DNA of 64,000 nt, taken from contig DASVUX010000011.1 in NCBI GenBank assembly GCA_036386835.1, forward strand, positions 456,190 through 520,189, given 5' to 3'. The DNA is from Bacteroidia bacterium. Its GTDB lineage: Bacteria; Bacteroidota; Bacteroidia; 2-12-FULL-35-15. The notes beneath the pieces were generated by a model. That model had not been told where the DNA came from. It saw only the letters and a program-made list of their open reading frames with translations, and ran no database searches. Positions 36,133-47,400 of the stretch are shown piece after piece. Position 1 is the first letter of the stretch, and each line of letters opens with the position of its first letter. The position numbers and the translations under genes are program-made.

Positions 36133-36212
36133 ATTGTTATCAGATTCTTTAACCGAATACCACTGCAATATAAAAATTATTAATCAAAGATTAGTACTAA
36201 TTTTGAATGCAG

Positions 36213-37277
36213 ATGGCAGGTAAATATGATTATATAATAGTGGGACAAGGCATTGCCGGAACGGTACTGTCTTATATGCTTCTTAAGCGCGGAATGAAAG
36301 TACTGGTTGTTGATGATCCCTCCCTTTCGAGTGCCTCGAAAATAGCAGCAGGCTTATATAACCCCGTTGTTTTTAAACGGCTTGTCAAAAGCTGGATGGC
36401 TGATGAGCTGATCCCGTTCATGGATGAGTTTTATACTTCCTGTGAACGGGAATTAAAGAAAAAATTCTATCACAAAAAGCAGATCATCAAGCTTTTTGCT
36501 GAACCGGCTGAAAAAGAATTCTGGCTGAAAAAATCGGGTGATGAAGTAGGAAAGTATTTAAGTAAAACAGGAAATGATCATTCTTTGGATGCTATCGTTC
36601 ATGCTCCTTTTGGATTCGCGGAAGTTATCCGGGCAGGTAACCTGGACACAGCCTCTTTTCTTCTTTCCTTCCGGGAATACTTTCGTGAGCAGGATGCATT
36701 GATGGAAGAAAAGTTTGAGTACGGGGCTTTGGAACTTTTGCCTGGGAGCGTTGCTTATAAAGAGAATACTGCCGGAAAGATCATATTTTGTGAAGGATAC
36801 AAAGTGATTGAAAATCCATTTTTTAAAGAGCTTTCCTTTAAGCTGACCAAAGGTGAGATCCTCACAATTAAACTGGAAGACGGAAAAATAATCCCGGAAA
36901 ATAAGGTAATTAATAAAGGCGTATTTATTCTTCCTTTGAGCAATGGAATATATAAAGTCGGATCTACCTATGAATGGAATGACCTTGGTGAAGCGCCTAC
37001 GGAGAAAGGGAAAGAGGAATTACTTGAGAAATTATCCAGGGTGCTGAAAGTTAAATTTGAAGTAATAGGCCACCAGGCGGGGATCAGGCCGACTGTGAGT
37101 GACCGCAGGCCCATTCTTGGATTGCATCCCGTTCACCCCGGGCTTGGAATATTTAATGGCATGGGAACGAAAGGGATTATGCTTGCACCCTATTTTGCCG
37201 ACCACCTTATCCGTCATCTTGAGGAAGGCCAGGTACTGGATAAAGAGGTTGATCTTGAAAGATTTAACAAGTCTTGA
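36213..37277 (+). CDS. FAD-dependent oxidoreductase (DAO family)
   Basis: Rossmann dinucleotide-binding motif YDYIIVGQGIAGTVLSYML..RG.KVLVVD. Confidence 0.8.
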   Translation: MAGKYDYIIVGQGIAGTVLSYMLLKRGMKVLVVDDPSLSSASKIAAGLYNPVVFKRLVKSWMADELIPFMDEFYTSCERELKKKFYHKKQIIKLFAEPAEKEFWLKKSGDEVGKYLSKTGNDHSLDAIVHAPFGFAEVIRAGNLDTASFLLSFREYFREQDALMEEKFEYGALELLPGSVAYKENTAGKIIFCEGYKVIENPFFKELSFKLTKGEILTIKLEDGKIIPENKVINKGVFILPLSNGIYKVGSTYEWNDLGEAPTEKGKEELLEKLSRVLKVKFEVIGHQAGIRPTVSDRRPILGLHPVHPGLGIFNGMGTKGIMLAPYFADHLIRHLEEGQVLDKEVDLERFNKS

Positions 37278-37363
37278 AAGTCTCAGATAAATTTTTAAAT
37301 TTACTATATCGTTTTGCTTAGAAGTCAACGCATTATGTATAATATTTTATAAAGATCAGTCCC

Positions 37364-40300
37364 ATGAGGTTTACTTTATCCTTCAAAAAAATTACAGCTT
37401 GCTTTTTATTTTTCCTGTCCTGCGCTTTAACAGCGCGTGCTTCTCATATAGCGGGAGCAGAGATTGGCTACCGGCATATCAGCGGTAACACGTATGAAGT
37501 GAGCCTGAACTTATATGTTGATTGCCTCGGCTTCGATCCAGGCGCAACTCAAACCATTAATCTGGAAAATACTTGTGGCGCCCCAATCACAATGAATGTA
37601 AATGTTTTGAATCCGGGTGGTACTGAAGTTTCGCAGGTCTGTACAGCGCAGTTGGGTAGTACAGTCTGTAACGGAGGATCACTTCCGGGGATGTGGGTCT
37701 TTAAATATAGTGGTACTGTAACTTTGCCGGTTCCATGTAATTTATGGACGATGTCGTGGACAGTATGTTGTAGAAATAATGCTGTAACTAATCTTGTTAA
37801 TGCCTCATCATTTGGGATATATGTAGAATCCAAACTTAATACGGTGGTTGCCCCGAATAATATCTCACCCTCATTTTTGTCAGAAAGAATACCTTATGTA
37901 TGCCAGGGACAGCTCGTGAATTACAGCTGTGCCGCATTTGAGCCGGATTCAGACTCTCTTCGGTATACTTTGGTAAGTGCTTTGGATAACGGGGCTGTTC
38001 CACTTTCTTATTCCTCGGGATATTCTGCAGCTTCACCTATACCAGGGATTAGTATTGATCCTGCTTCCGGAATGCTTTCATTTACTCCAACGACTATTGG
38101 AAGTTTTGTAGTTGCTATTCGTGTAGATGAATATAACCAAAGCGGTATTTTGATAGGGAGTGTGATGCGTGATATACAATTCACTGTGATGAACTGCTCA
38201 AACAATTATCCATCGCTTTCATCAGGAGATATCAGTAATTTCAGCGGTTCCGCCTTACAAACAGGAGCCCATTCAATTGAGATGTGTACCGGAACCAATT
38301 TCTCTTTTGATATAAATTATTCGGATCCGAATCCGGCAGATGTACTTTCTTATCAATCTAATATAGCTACTGTGCTGCCGGGTGCGATTGTTACAAGTAC
38401 AGGCACAAATCCACTAACTTTACATGTAAGTTGGACTGCGAATACATCATTCTCAGGAACGAGATATTTTACAACTGATGTTAATGACGGTTCTTGTCCG
38501 ATTCCCGGGATACAATCTTATGGTTATGCCATCACAGTTCTTGCGGGGACCAGCGCAGGCAGCGATATTACGATTTGTGGGAATCAGGCAGCAAATCTGA
38601 ATGCAATAGGTGGGACTTCTTTTACGTGGGCAGTGCTTAGCGGACCAGCGATAGTGGTAGGGACCAATTTTTCATGTAACCCTTGTGCCAATCCGGTGGC
38701 TAGTCCGGCTGCTACAACTGTTTATGAGGTGACGGGTAACTTATCTGGTTCATGCATGGACAAAGACACAATAACAGTAAGTGTTGTCCCTGATTTTACT
38801 TTCAGCACTACACAAAGTGCCATCAGTATGTGCCTGGAACAAAGTGTGCAGTTTTCAGTGACAGGTCTTACGGGTGCATATTCATACAGCTGGATGCCGG
38901 TCTCTGATCTGAATAATAATTCAATAGCTAATCCTGTCGCTACATTGGATTCAGCAGGGATGCATATTTTTTATGTAAATGTGACAAATCCCGCCGGATG
39001 TTCTAAAAGCGATACCGTATCAGTGACGGTTCAATCTGTTGAGCGAACTTCCGCTAATGGTGATACCATACTATGTGTCGGACAAAGCGCTGCGTTATCT
39101 GCTACGGGAGGAAGTTCATTCGTTTGGTCAGTATTAAGCGGTCCGCCAATGAATATTGGAAGTAATTTTTCATGTGATACTTGTGCTAATGTTATATCAA
39201 CGCCTTCAGCTACCACCACTTATCAGGTAACAAGTAATTTAGGAGGCTCTTGTGTGAGTATGGATACAGTTACAGTTTTGGTTGTTCCATCGTTTACATT
39301 TAATGCATCTTCAGCGCCCGCCTGTGCAGGTGCTCCCACACAATTGAATGTGTCGTCATTATCTCCGGGGCCTGGTTACACTTACAGCTGGTCTCCTGCC
39401 ACATTTCTTAATGATAATACCTTGCCTGATCCCGTGGCTACAATACCTGTATCCGGGACTTATAATTATACAGCTACTGTAACAAGTCAGGCGGGCTGTA
39501 GTGTTACTGATATGGTCCAGTTGGTTGTGGGACTGACTCCAGCAATCCCTAACGTTGTTGCTTCAGATGAAAGTGTATGTTCAGGCAGCAGTATTCAGCT
39601 AAGCGCAATTGCAGGTCAAGCAACTCCTGTTACTTGCGGACTAAGTAATGTGGGTTGTGCTGCTTCTGCAGCATCACTTGTAGGTACAGGTTCTTTTTCT
39701 AATACCAACACAACTTATCCCGCCCCCTATGGTAACTGGTACTCTTCTGTTAAACAGCAATATTTATATACTGCTACAGAATTGTTAGCTGCAGGAGTTA
39801 CGGCAGGAAAATTCGATCAGATTGACTTTAATGTCGCCTCAATAAGTGGAATTTCTGTTTATAATAATTTTTCAATTGGCATTACCTGTACCAACCTTAC
39901 AAGCTTTGATTCAAGTGCCACCAATTTTGAAGCGGGCATCTTAACGGTGTTTCCTTCACAGTCATTTACAATTGCGCCAGGCTGGAATCACCATCCTTTT
40001 ACAAACGCATTTGACTGGGATGGAAATTCTAATATCATCGTGGAAGTTTGCATGAATCAATTAAATCCTGGAAGTAACTACACTAACAACAGTGTATCAC
40101 CGAACGATAATACGTCATATATATCATGTATCTATTCTTTAAGCGATGCTGAAGATCAGTGCCCATCTGCAACTCCATTTATTCAAGCCGCTATGGCTCG
40201 TCCGCAGATAAGATTTCATCATTGTGTAATGACCAATGATACATCCTCTTATATATATTCCTGGTCACCATCTGCCGGAATATCCTCACCTAACTCACAA

Positions 40301-41299
40301 GTGACAAGTGCTGTTGTCTCTAACACTACAAACTATACAGTTACAGTTACTGATACAACCAGTGGATGTTCTGCTTCAGGATCTCAATTAGTTACTCTTG
40401 ATGGTGTGAACATGGCCATAAAAGGCTCGGTAAATTATGCCGGAACCCCTGTGACAGGATTTGCAAAGCTGTTTGCTTATGCTTCGGGAGTGCAGATGCC
40501 AATGCAGGATTCGGTTGCTATAACGGGAGGAAATTATATTTTCATCAACGTTCCCGCCGGTGACTATATTATCCAGGCAACAGCAGACAGCATGATGTTC
40601 CCTTTGGCATTCCCTACATATTATGACACGGTGGTCAATTGGGATTCGGCAGATATCGTATCAATGATAATATGCAATGATACAACTACCGCAAACATAA
40701 CCCTGCTGGGGCACCCCTCTCTTGTCGGGACAAACACCCTTGCCGGAACTTTAATAGAGGGCAATGGTTACCTTCACAGTGCGGGAATGCCTCTTGCGGA
40801 TATCAATGTTGTGCTGATGGATAATTCAACTTCCGAAGCGCTTGCATACACCCGTTCCAATGCAGGAGGAGTATATATGTTTGGCAATGTTCCTTCAGGT
40901 TGTTATAAACTGTATGTCGATATCCCGGGCCTTCCTATGGATTCAACATATCATGTTTGTGTATCGGGTAATACCAGTTACCTCGACCTGAATTATATTG
41001 CTGATGCCAATTCAATATTCATAACTAACAGTGCATTGTCGGTGAATACAAATGTACCTGATGAAGCGGGGCTGTCAGTTTTCCCTAACCCTGTCATCGA
41101 TGTTCTGCAGATAAGCAATCCTTCCGGGAACGAAATAATGTATGAACTTTTTGATATTACAGGTAAATGTGTTGCACAGCGGACCCTGGCTGCTGGTAAT
41201 ATAATAAGCCTTAATACGGCAGGTTTGGATAAAGGGGTATATATCCTGCAGACCACACTCAATGGTAAACGAAAGAACCACAGGGTAATAAAACAATAA
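37364..41299 (+). CDS. large T9SS-secreted protein
   Basis: Signal peptide present. The N-terminus SHIAGAEIGYRHISGNTYEVSLNLYVDC is common in gliding-bacterium surface proteins. Two paralogous ~165-aa modules lie at about 38555-39050 and 39053-39540. Carboxypeptidase-regulatory-like segments are present. The tail is VFPNPVIDVLQISN...GVYILQTT... Confidence 0.8.
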   Translation: MRFTLSFKKITACFLFFLSCALTARASHIAGAEIGYRHISGNTYEVSLNLYVDCLGFDPGATQTINLENTCGAPITMNVNVLNPGGTEVSQVCTAQLGSTVCNGGSLPGMWVFKYSGTVTLPVPCNLWTMSWTVCCRNNAVTNLVNASSFGIYVESKLNTVVAPNNISPSFLSERIPYVCQGQLVNYSCAAFEPDSDSLRYTLVSALDNGAVPLSYSSGYSAASPIPGISIDPASGMLSFTPTTIGSFVVAIRVDEYNQSGILIGSVMRDIQFTVMNCSNNYPSLSSGDISNFSGSALQTGAHSIEMCTGTNFSFDINYSDPNPADVLSYQSNIATVLPGAIVTSTGTNPLTLHVSWTANTSFSGTRYFTTDVNDGSCPIPGIQSYGYAITVLAGTSAGSDITICGNQAANLNAIGGTSFTWAVLSGPAIVVGTNFSCNPCANPVASPAATTVYEVTGNLSGSCMDKDTITVSVVPDFTFSTTQSAISMCLEQSVQFSVTGLTGAYSYSWMPVSDLNNNSIANPVATLDSAGMHIFYVNVTNPAGCSKSDTVSVTVQSVERTSANGDTILCVGQSAALSATGGSSFVWSVLSGPPMNIGSNFSCDTCANVISTPSATTTYQVTSNLGGSCVSMDTVTVLVVPSFTFNASSAPACAGAPTQLNVSSLSPGPGYTYSWSPATFLNDNTLPDPVATIPVSGTYNYTATVTSQAGCSVTDMVQLVVGLTPAIPNVVASDESVCSGSSIQLSAIAGQATPVTCGLSNVGCAASAASLVGTGSFSNTNTTYPAPYGNWYSSVKQQYLYTATELLAAGVTAGKFDQIDFNVASISGISVYNNFSIGITCTNLTSFDSSATNFEAGILTVFPSQSFTIAPGWNHHPFTNAFDWDGNSNIIVEVCMNQLNPGSNYTNNSVSPNDNTSYISCIYSLSDAEDQCPSATPFIQAAMARPQIRFHHCVMTNDTSSYIYSWSPSAGISSPNSQVTSAVVSNTTNYTVTVTDTTSGCSASGSQLVTLDGVNMAIKGSVNYAGTPVTGFAKLFAYASGVQMPMQDSVAITGGNYIFINVPAGDYIIQATADSMMFPLAFPTYYDTVVNWDSADIVSMIICNDTTTANITLLGHPSLVGTNTLAGTLIEGNGYLHSAGMPLADINVVLMDNSTSEALAYTRSNAGGVYMFGNVPSGCYKLYVDIPGLPMDSTYHVCVSGNTSYLDLNYIADANSIFITNSALSVNTNVPDEAGLSVFPNPVIDVLQISNPSGNEIMYELFDITGKCVAQRTLAAGNIISLNTAGLDKGVYILQTTLNGKRKNHRVIKQ

Positions 41300-41305
41300 A
41301 GAAGA

Positions 41306-41335
41306 GCCGGTAGTAATTCTACCGGCCTTTTTTTT
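41306..41335 (+). terminator. rho-independent terminator
   Basis: Stem gccggtag / ctaccggc with loop taatt, followed by cTTTTTTTT. Confidence 0.75.
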
Positions 41336-41405
41336 GCCCCTGCCTTTGTGGAATTTTCATTTAATTTGCATCTAATGGTATAAACCATTAAACCCAATCC
41401 AGATC

Positions 41406-44400
41406 ATGGCTTCAAAAAGGATATTCTTCATTGCCCTTCTCGCTCTTGCAAGTATTGCAGGAGCTTTTTCTGTTTACAGTTTTAAAGGAGGTATGCAGCA
41501 AGCACTTCTTATCTTCCCTAAAGGAAGTACTTATGAAAAAGAATGGAGGAAAGTAGATTCGCTGCAGGAAAAAGGATTGATAAAATCTGCCCATGAGGTG
41601 GTAACGGGAATTTACAATAAGGCAAAAAGCGAAAATAATTCTTCTCAATTTGTAAAGGCCGTCATTCACCGGATGAAATTCGAGCAGCAGATGGAAGAGT
41701 ACTCACTGGAAAAAGCTTTGACAAGGCTTAATGAGGAAGCTGCGGAAGCGCAATTCCCGGTTAAGCCCGTGCTTCATTCAATGATCGCGGAAAGCTACTG
41801 GCAGTATTATCAGAACAACCGCTGGAAATTCTATAACAGGAGCACCACAGTTAATTTTGATAATTCTGATATCACCACCTGGGACCTTAAAAGTATTTTC
41901 GATAAGGTTATTAAGAATTACCAGGCTTCCCTCCTGAATTCCGACAGCCTGAAGCGGACACCTCTTAATATTTATGATGATGTACTTGTAAAATATGATG
42001 AATCACGGAAGTTCAGGCCAACTCTTTACGATTTCCTGGCGCATCGTGCAATTGATTTTTACATGAATGAAGAACCGGACATTACCAGGCCGGCATATAA
42101 GTTCGAATTAAACTCAGAAAGTTATTTCTGGAACCAGGATGACTTTGCAAAGATGAAAATTGAATCCAGGGATACATTGTCATTAAAATATTATGCGATC
42201 AAAAACATGCAGGAACTGATTGCCTTTCATGCAGATGATAAGGATCCGCAGGCCCTGATCGATATTGATCTTAAGCGCCTGGCGTTCGTTAAAAATAAGT
42301 CGGTAAGTGAAATAAAAGACAGTCTGTATCTTCAGGCACTCAAAGATCTTGAAGCTAAATTCAGTGCTCACCAGGCTTCCGCGCAGGTAAACGCTAAGAT
42401 CGCTAACGTGTATTTTGAAAAGGGAAACCAGTATAATCCGCTTACTGACGGAGACCTGCCTTCTGAAAGGTCTGTTAAATGGATGTATAAAAAAGCGCTG
42501 GAGCTGTGTGAAGCTACCATGGCCAAATATCCCAAGAGTGATGGCGCAGCTGACTGCAATGCTTTGGCCGCACGGATAAAAGAGCATTCCCTGCAATTTA
42601 CCTGCGAAAAGGCAGATCTGCCTTCCACACCTGTAAAAGCCCTGGTTACTTATAAGAACCTGAAAACAGTTTATGTCAGGATAGCAGAAATGGATATAAA
42701 TAAGTATAACCGTTCGGTGGAGCGTTATTACGGTGAAGAACTGGTCAGGCAATATCTGAAGCTGAAAGCGGTAAGACAGTTCACCGTAAATCTTCCCGAT
42801 GACGGAGATTACCAGTCACATTCCACAGAGATTAGTATCCCGGGACTCAGCCTTGGGCATTATGTTGTACTTATGGCTTCAGATTCTAGTTTTTCATATA
42901 AGAATAACGGTATAGCCTATGCAGGTATGTGGATCTCCAACATCAGCTATGTTAACAGAAGGATGGATGACGGGAGCTATGATTTTTTTGTGCAGCACCG
43001 TTCATCAGGCGAGCCATTAAAAGGGGTAACCGCACAACTGTATTATGAAAAGTATAATTATACAAGCCGTAAGTACGAGTATATAAGATCTGAAAAGTAC
43101 ACCACGGATGAAAAAGGATATTTTAATGTTCCTCCTGCAAATGATTACAGGAATTTCAATGTAGAGTTTACTTACAGGTATGACCTGGGCCCTGCTTTTA
43201 AAGAAGACAAGCTTCAGACGGATAACGGGATCTATCAGTACAAGACATATAAGGAAGAAAAGCGAAAGCATACACGAACATTTTTCTTCCTCGACCGCGG
43301 GATTTACCGGCCGGGGCAAACAGTCTATTTTAAGGGGATAATGATCAGCACCGATGGTGAAGAAAATGCGATCATGCCGAAAGAATCTACTACGGTGACC
43401 TTTTATGATGTGAATTATCAAAAGGTGGCAGATCTGCAACTTACTTCCAACGAGTACGGAACATTCAGCGGGTCCTTCACCGCTCCTTCCGGTGTGCTCA
43501 ATGGCCAGATGTCGATCAGCAACGGAACCGGGACAGTATCATTTTCAGTAGAGGAATACAAACGTCCGAAATTTGAAGTAGGCTTTAAACCGGTAGAAGG
43601 GAATTACCGGCTTGGTGAAACCGTTAAATTATCGGGATTTGCAAGCGCCTATTCAGGTGCACGGATCGATGGTGCTGAAGTGAAATACCGAGTGGTCCGG
43701 AATGCAACATTCCCGTATTGGTGGTATTGGTGGCGTGGATATTATCCCCAGTCGGCTGAAATGGAGATTGTGAACGGCTCAACCGTAAGTAATGATACAG
43801 GTGCTTTCTTTATTGATTTTAAGGCTGTCCCTGATCTCAGTATTCCTAAGTCGTATCAGCCTACATATTCATACACTGTCTATGCCGATGTTACCGATAT
43901 CAATGGCGAAACACATAGTTCTCAAACTTATGTGAACGCAGCATACACAGCCCTGAACCTGGATGTTTCCATTCCTGCCATGATGGAAAAAGGAAGTAAG
44001 GAAGCGTTCGCAGTTCATACCACTAATATGAGCGGGCAGTTCCAGCCTGCTGCAGGCAGGGTAATGATATTTAAACTAAAAGAGCCGGAGAAAGCATATC
44101 GTGAAAGGACCTGGGCTCAACCGGATAAATACACCATGACGAAAAACGAATTTGAAAAGCTGTTCCCATTGGATCAGTATAGTGACGAAAACAATATGTA
44201 TAAGTGGGAGAAGTCTGAAAAAGTATTTGAAACATCATTTGAGAACAGGCAGAATTCAGCTTTGGCGCAAAATGCACATCAGAATGACTCGATAAGGCTG
44301 AAGGGCCTGAATGCATGGAAGCAGGGTGTGTATGTAATGGAAGCATACAGCAAAGATGCATACGGGGAAGAAGTAAAAGATATAAAGTATTTCACTGTCT

Positions 44401-47400
44401 ATTCAAACCAGGAAAATGATGTTCCTTCAAACCAGGTCAGCTGGTTTGTTATGCTAACAGATAAAGCGCTGGAGCCGGGGGAAAAAGCAAAATTTATTAT
44501 CGGCAGCCGGGAAGAGAACGTGAAGGTCCTTTATGAGATCGAGCACAAAGGAAAAGTAATACATCAGGAATTCATTACTCTTAATAGAGAACAAAAGCTG
44601 ATCGAGATCCCGGTGGAAGAAAAGCACCGGGGGAACCTTGCATTTCATCTTGTGTTCATTAAGAATAACCGTTCCTATTCGAATAACGGAGTGATAACCG
44701 TTCCTTATACGAATAAGGAGCTTGATATCCAGTTTGAAACCTTCCGTAATAAATTGCAGCCCGGGCAGCAGGAAGAATGGAAAATAAAGATCAGGGATAA
44801 AAAAGGGGATAAGGTAGCTGCTGAGATGATGGCCACTTTATACGATGCTTCGCTGGATGCTTTCCGTCCGAACAGCTGGTATTTTAATATCTATAACAGT
44901 TATTATTCAAACCTGCACTGGGAAGGGAACCATGCTTTCGGTGCTGTAAACGCCCAGCTATATAGCGTTGACTGGAATATTTATCCATCGGGATCGTACA
45001 GGTATTACGACCGGCTGAACTGGTTTGGCTATAATGCCGGCTACTATGGGTATTATGAAGACGGGAATTATGACAGGGCTTATGGTGGCGCGGTTTCTAA
45101 ATCGTTGAATCTTCAGTCGGTGGTAGTAAAAGAAAATTCAGTTGATGAAAGTGAACAGAATGGTAAGGCTAAATCAAGGGGGGTTCGTGAAGAATCATCA
45201 AAGGATGCAGAAGGTGATATGCCCATGGATGCAGCAGCAGCTCCGGATGCGATTACTGCGACCGGGAACACTGCGGTTTTAAAAAGTGGTAAAAAAGATC
45301 AGCAGGACCTTTCAAAAGTAGCTGCAAGATCGAATTTTGCTGAAACGGCATTCTTTTATCCGCAGATGGAAACCGATAAGGATGGCAGCGTTATAATAAA
45401 ATTCACCATCCCGGAAGCTCTGACCAAATGGAAAATGATGGGCTTTGCGCACACCAAGGACCTTAAGACTGGAACAATTGCAAATGAACTTCAGACGCAG
45501 AAGGACCTGATGGTTGTTCCGAACTCCCCGCGTTTCTTCAGGGAGAATGATAGGATCGAATTCAGCACCAAAATAAATAACCTTTCCGGGAAGGACCTGG
45601 ACGGTTCAGCGCAGTTGTTTCTTTATGACGCGTCAACGATGCGGGATATCACGAAAGAACTCGGGAATATAACAGCATTGAATTTTGGAGAAGGAACTCC
45701 TGTGAAGTTAAAGAAAGGTCAGAGTGCAGCCCTGAGCTGGCGGCTTGCTATTCCTGAGGGTTACGGTGCGATCACTTATAAGATAGTTGCCAGGGCAGGA
45801 AACTTTACGGATGGTGAAGAGATGGCAGTCCCTGTTCTTACTAATAAGATGCTTGTTACAGAAACACTGCCGCTTCCTGTCCGTGGCCTGGAATCTCATA
45901 CTTACCTTTTCGAGAAGCTGATTACACAAAGCAATAATTCCACAACCCTTCGAAACCATAAGCTAACATTGGAATTTACTTCTAATCCTGCCTGGTATGC
46001 GATCCAGGCCCTGCCATATTTGATGGAATATCCTTATGAGTGTTCGGAACAAACTTTCTCGCGATTTTATGCCAACAGCATAGCATCGCACATTGCCAAT
46101 TCTTCACCGAAAATAAAAGCCGTGTTTGACTCATGGAAGAATACGCCCGGTTCCAAATCGCTTTTATCCAACCTTGAAAAGAACCAGGAACTCAAATCAC
46201 TTATGCTGGAAGAAACACCATGGGTGCTGGATGCAAAAAATGAATCGGAAAGAAAAAAACGTGTTTCACTTTTGTTTGACCTGAATAAAATGAGCAGCGA
46301 ACTTGCCCGTGCGATTACCAGGCTTGAAAAATCGCAGGCTTCAAACGGTGGGTGGCCATGGTTTGAGGGTATGCCGGATGACCGGTATATCACACAGCAT
46401 ATAGTTACAGGCATGGGACATCTCGATCATCTTGGTATTAAAAATATACGCTCTGATAACAATGTATGGAAAATGGTGAAGGATGCTGCAAGATACCTTG
46501 ATAACAGGATCCGGGAAGATTACGAATGGATCCTGAAACATGATAAGGCCCACATCGATGAGAACCACTTAGGCTATCTCCAGGTCCAGTATTTATATGC
46601 AAGAAGCTACTTTAAAGATGTGCCCATTGACAATCCGAATCAGAAAGCATTCGATTATTATAAAGGGCAGGCTAAAAAGTACTGGCTGTCAAACAGCAGG
46701 TATATGCAGGGAATGATCTCACTTGCCCTGAACCGGTATGATGATAAAAGCACAGCAATGGCCATTATAAAATCCTTAAAGGAAACTTCGCTGCATAGTG
46801 AAGAAATGGGAATGTACTGGAAGGATAATTATGAAGGCTATTACTGGTACCAGGCCCCTGTTGAGGCCCAGGCATTGCTGATCGAAGCATTCGATGAGGT
46901 TGCGAATGATAAAAAGGCTGTTGACGATCTCAGAGTATGGCTGTTAAAATCCAAGCAGACGCAGGATTGGAGAACAACGAAAGCAACTACTGAAGCCTGC
47001 TATGCTTTATTGCTGCGCGGTACTGATTGGCTTTCAACAGAAAGCAATGTTGAAATTACGATGGGGGACGTAAAGGTTGATCCGAAAGATTTACCGGATA
47101 ATAAACCCGAAGCTGGGACCGGATATTTTAAAACCTCCTGGAGCGGGAGTGATATCAAGCCAGGAATGGGGAAGATAACGGTAACGAAAAAAGACGAAGG
47201 CGTAAGCTGGGGTAGCGTGTACTGGCAGTATTTTGAGCAGCTTGATAAAATAACGCCAGCTAAAACACCCTTAAGCTTAAAGAAACAATTGTTCCGCCGC
47301 AAGGATACTGATTCAGGACCGGTGATTGAACTTGTGTCGGAAAACACTTTGCTCAAAGTAGGCGACAAGCTGAAGGTAAGGATTGAATTAAGAGTGGATC

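Noticed and set aside
42183-42752. 189-aa minus-strand ORF, plus other 64-143-aa minus-strand ORFs between 41412 and 47431
   Set aside because: All lie antisense within the 6.3-kb alpha-2-macroglobulin ORF. Their composition is non-protein-like.
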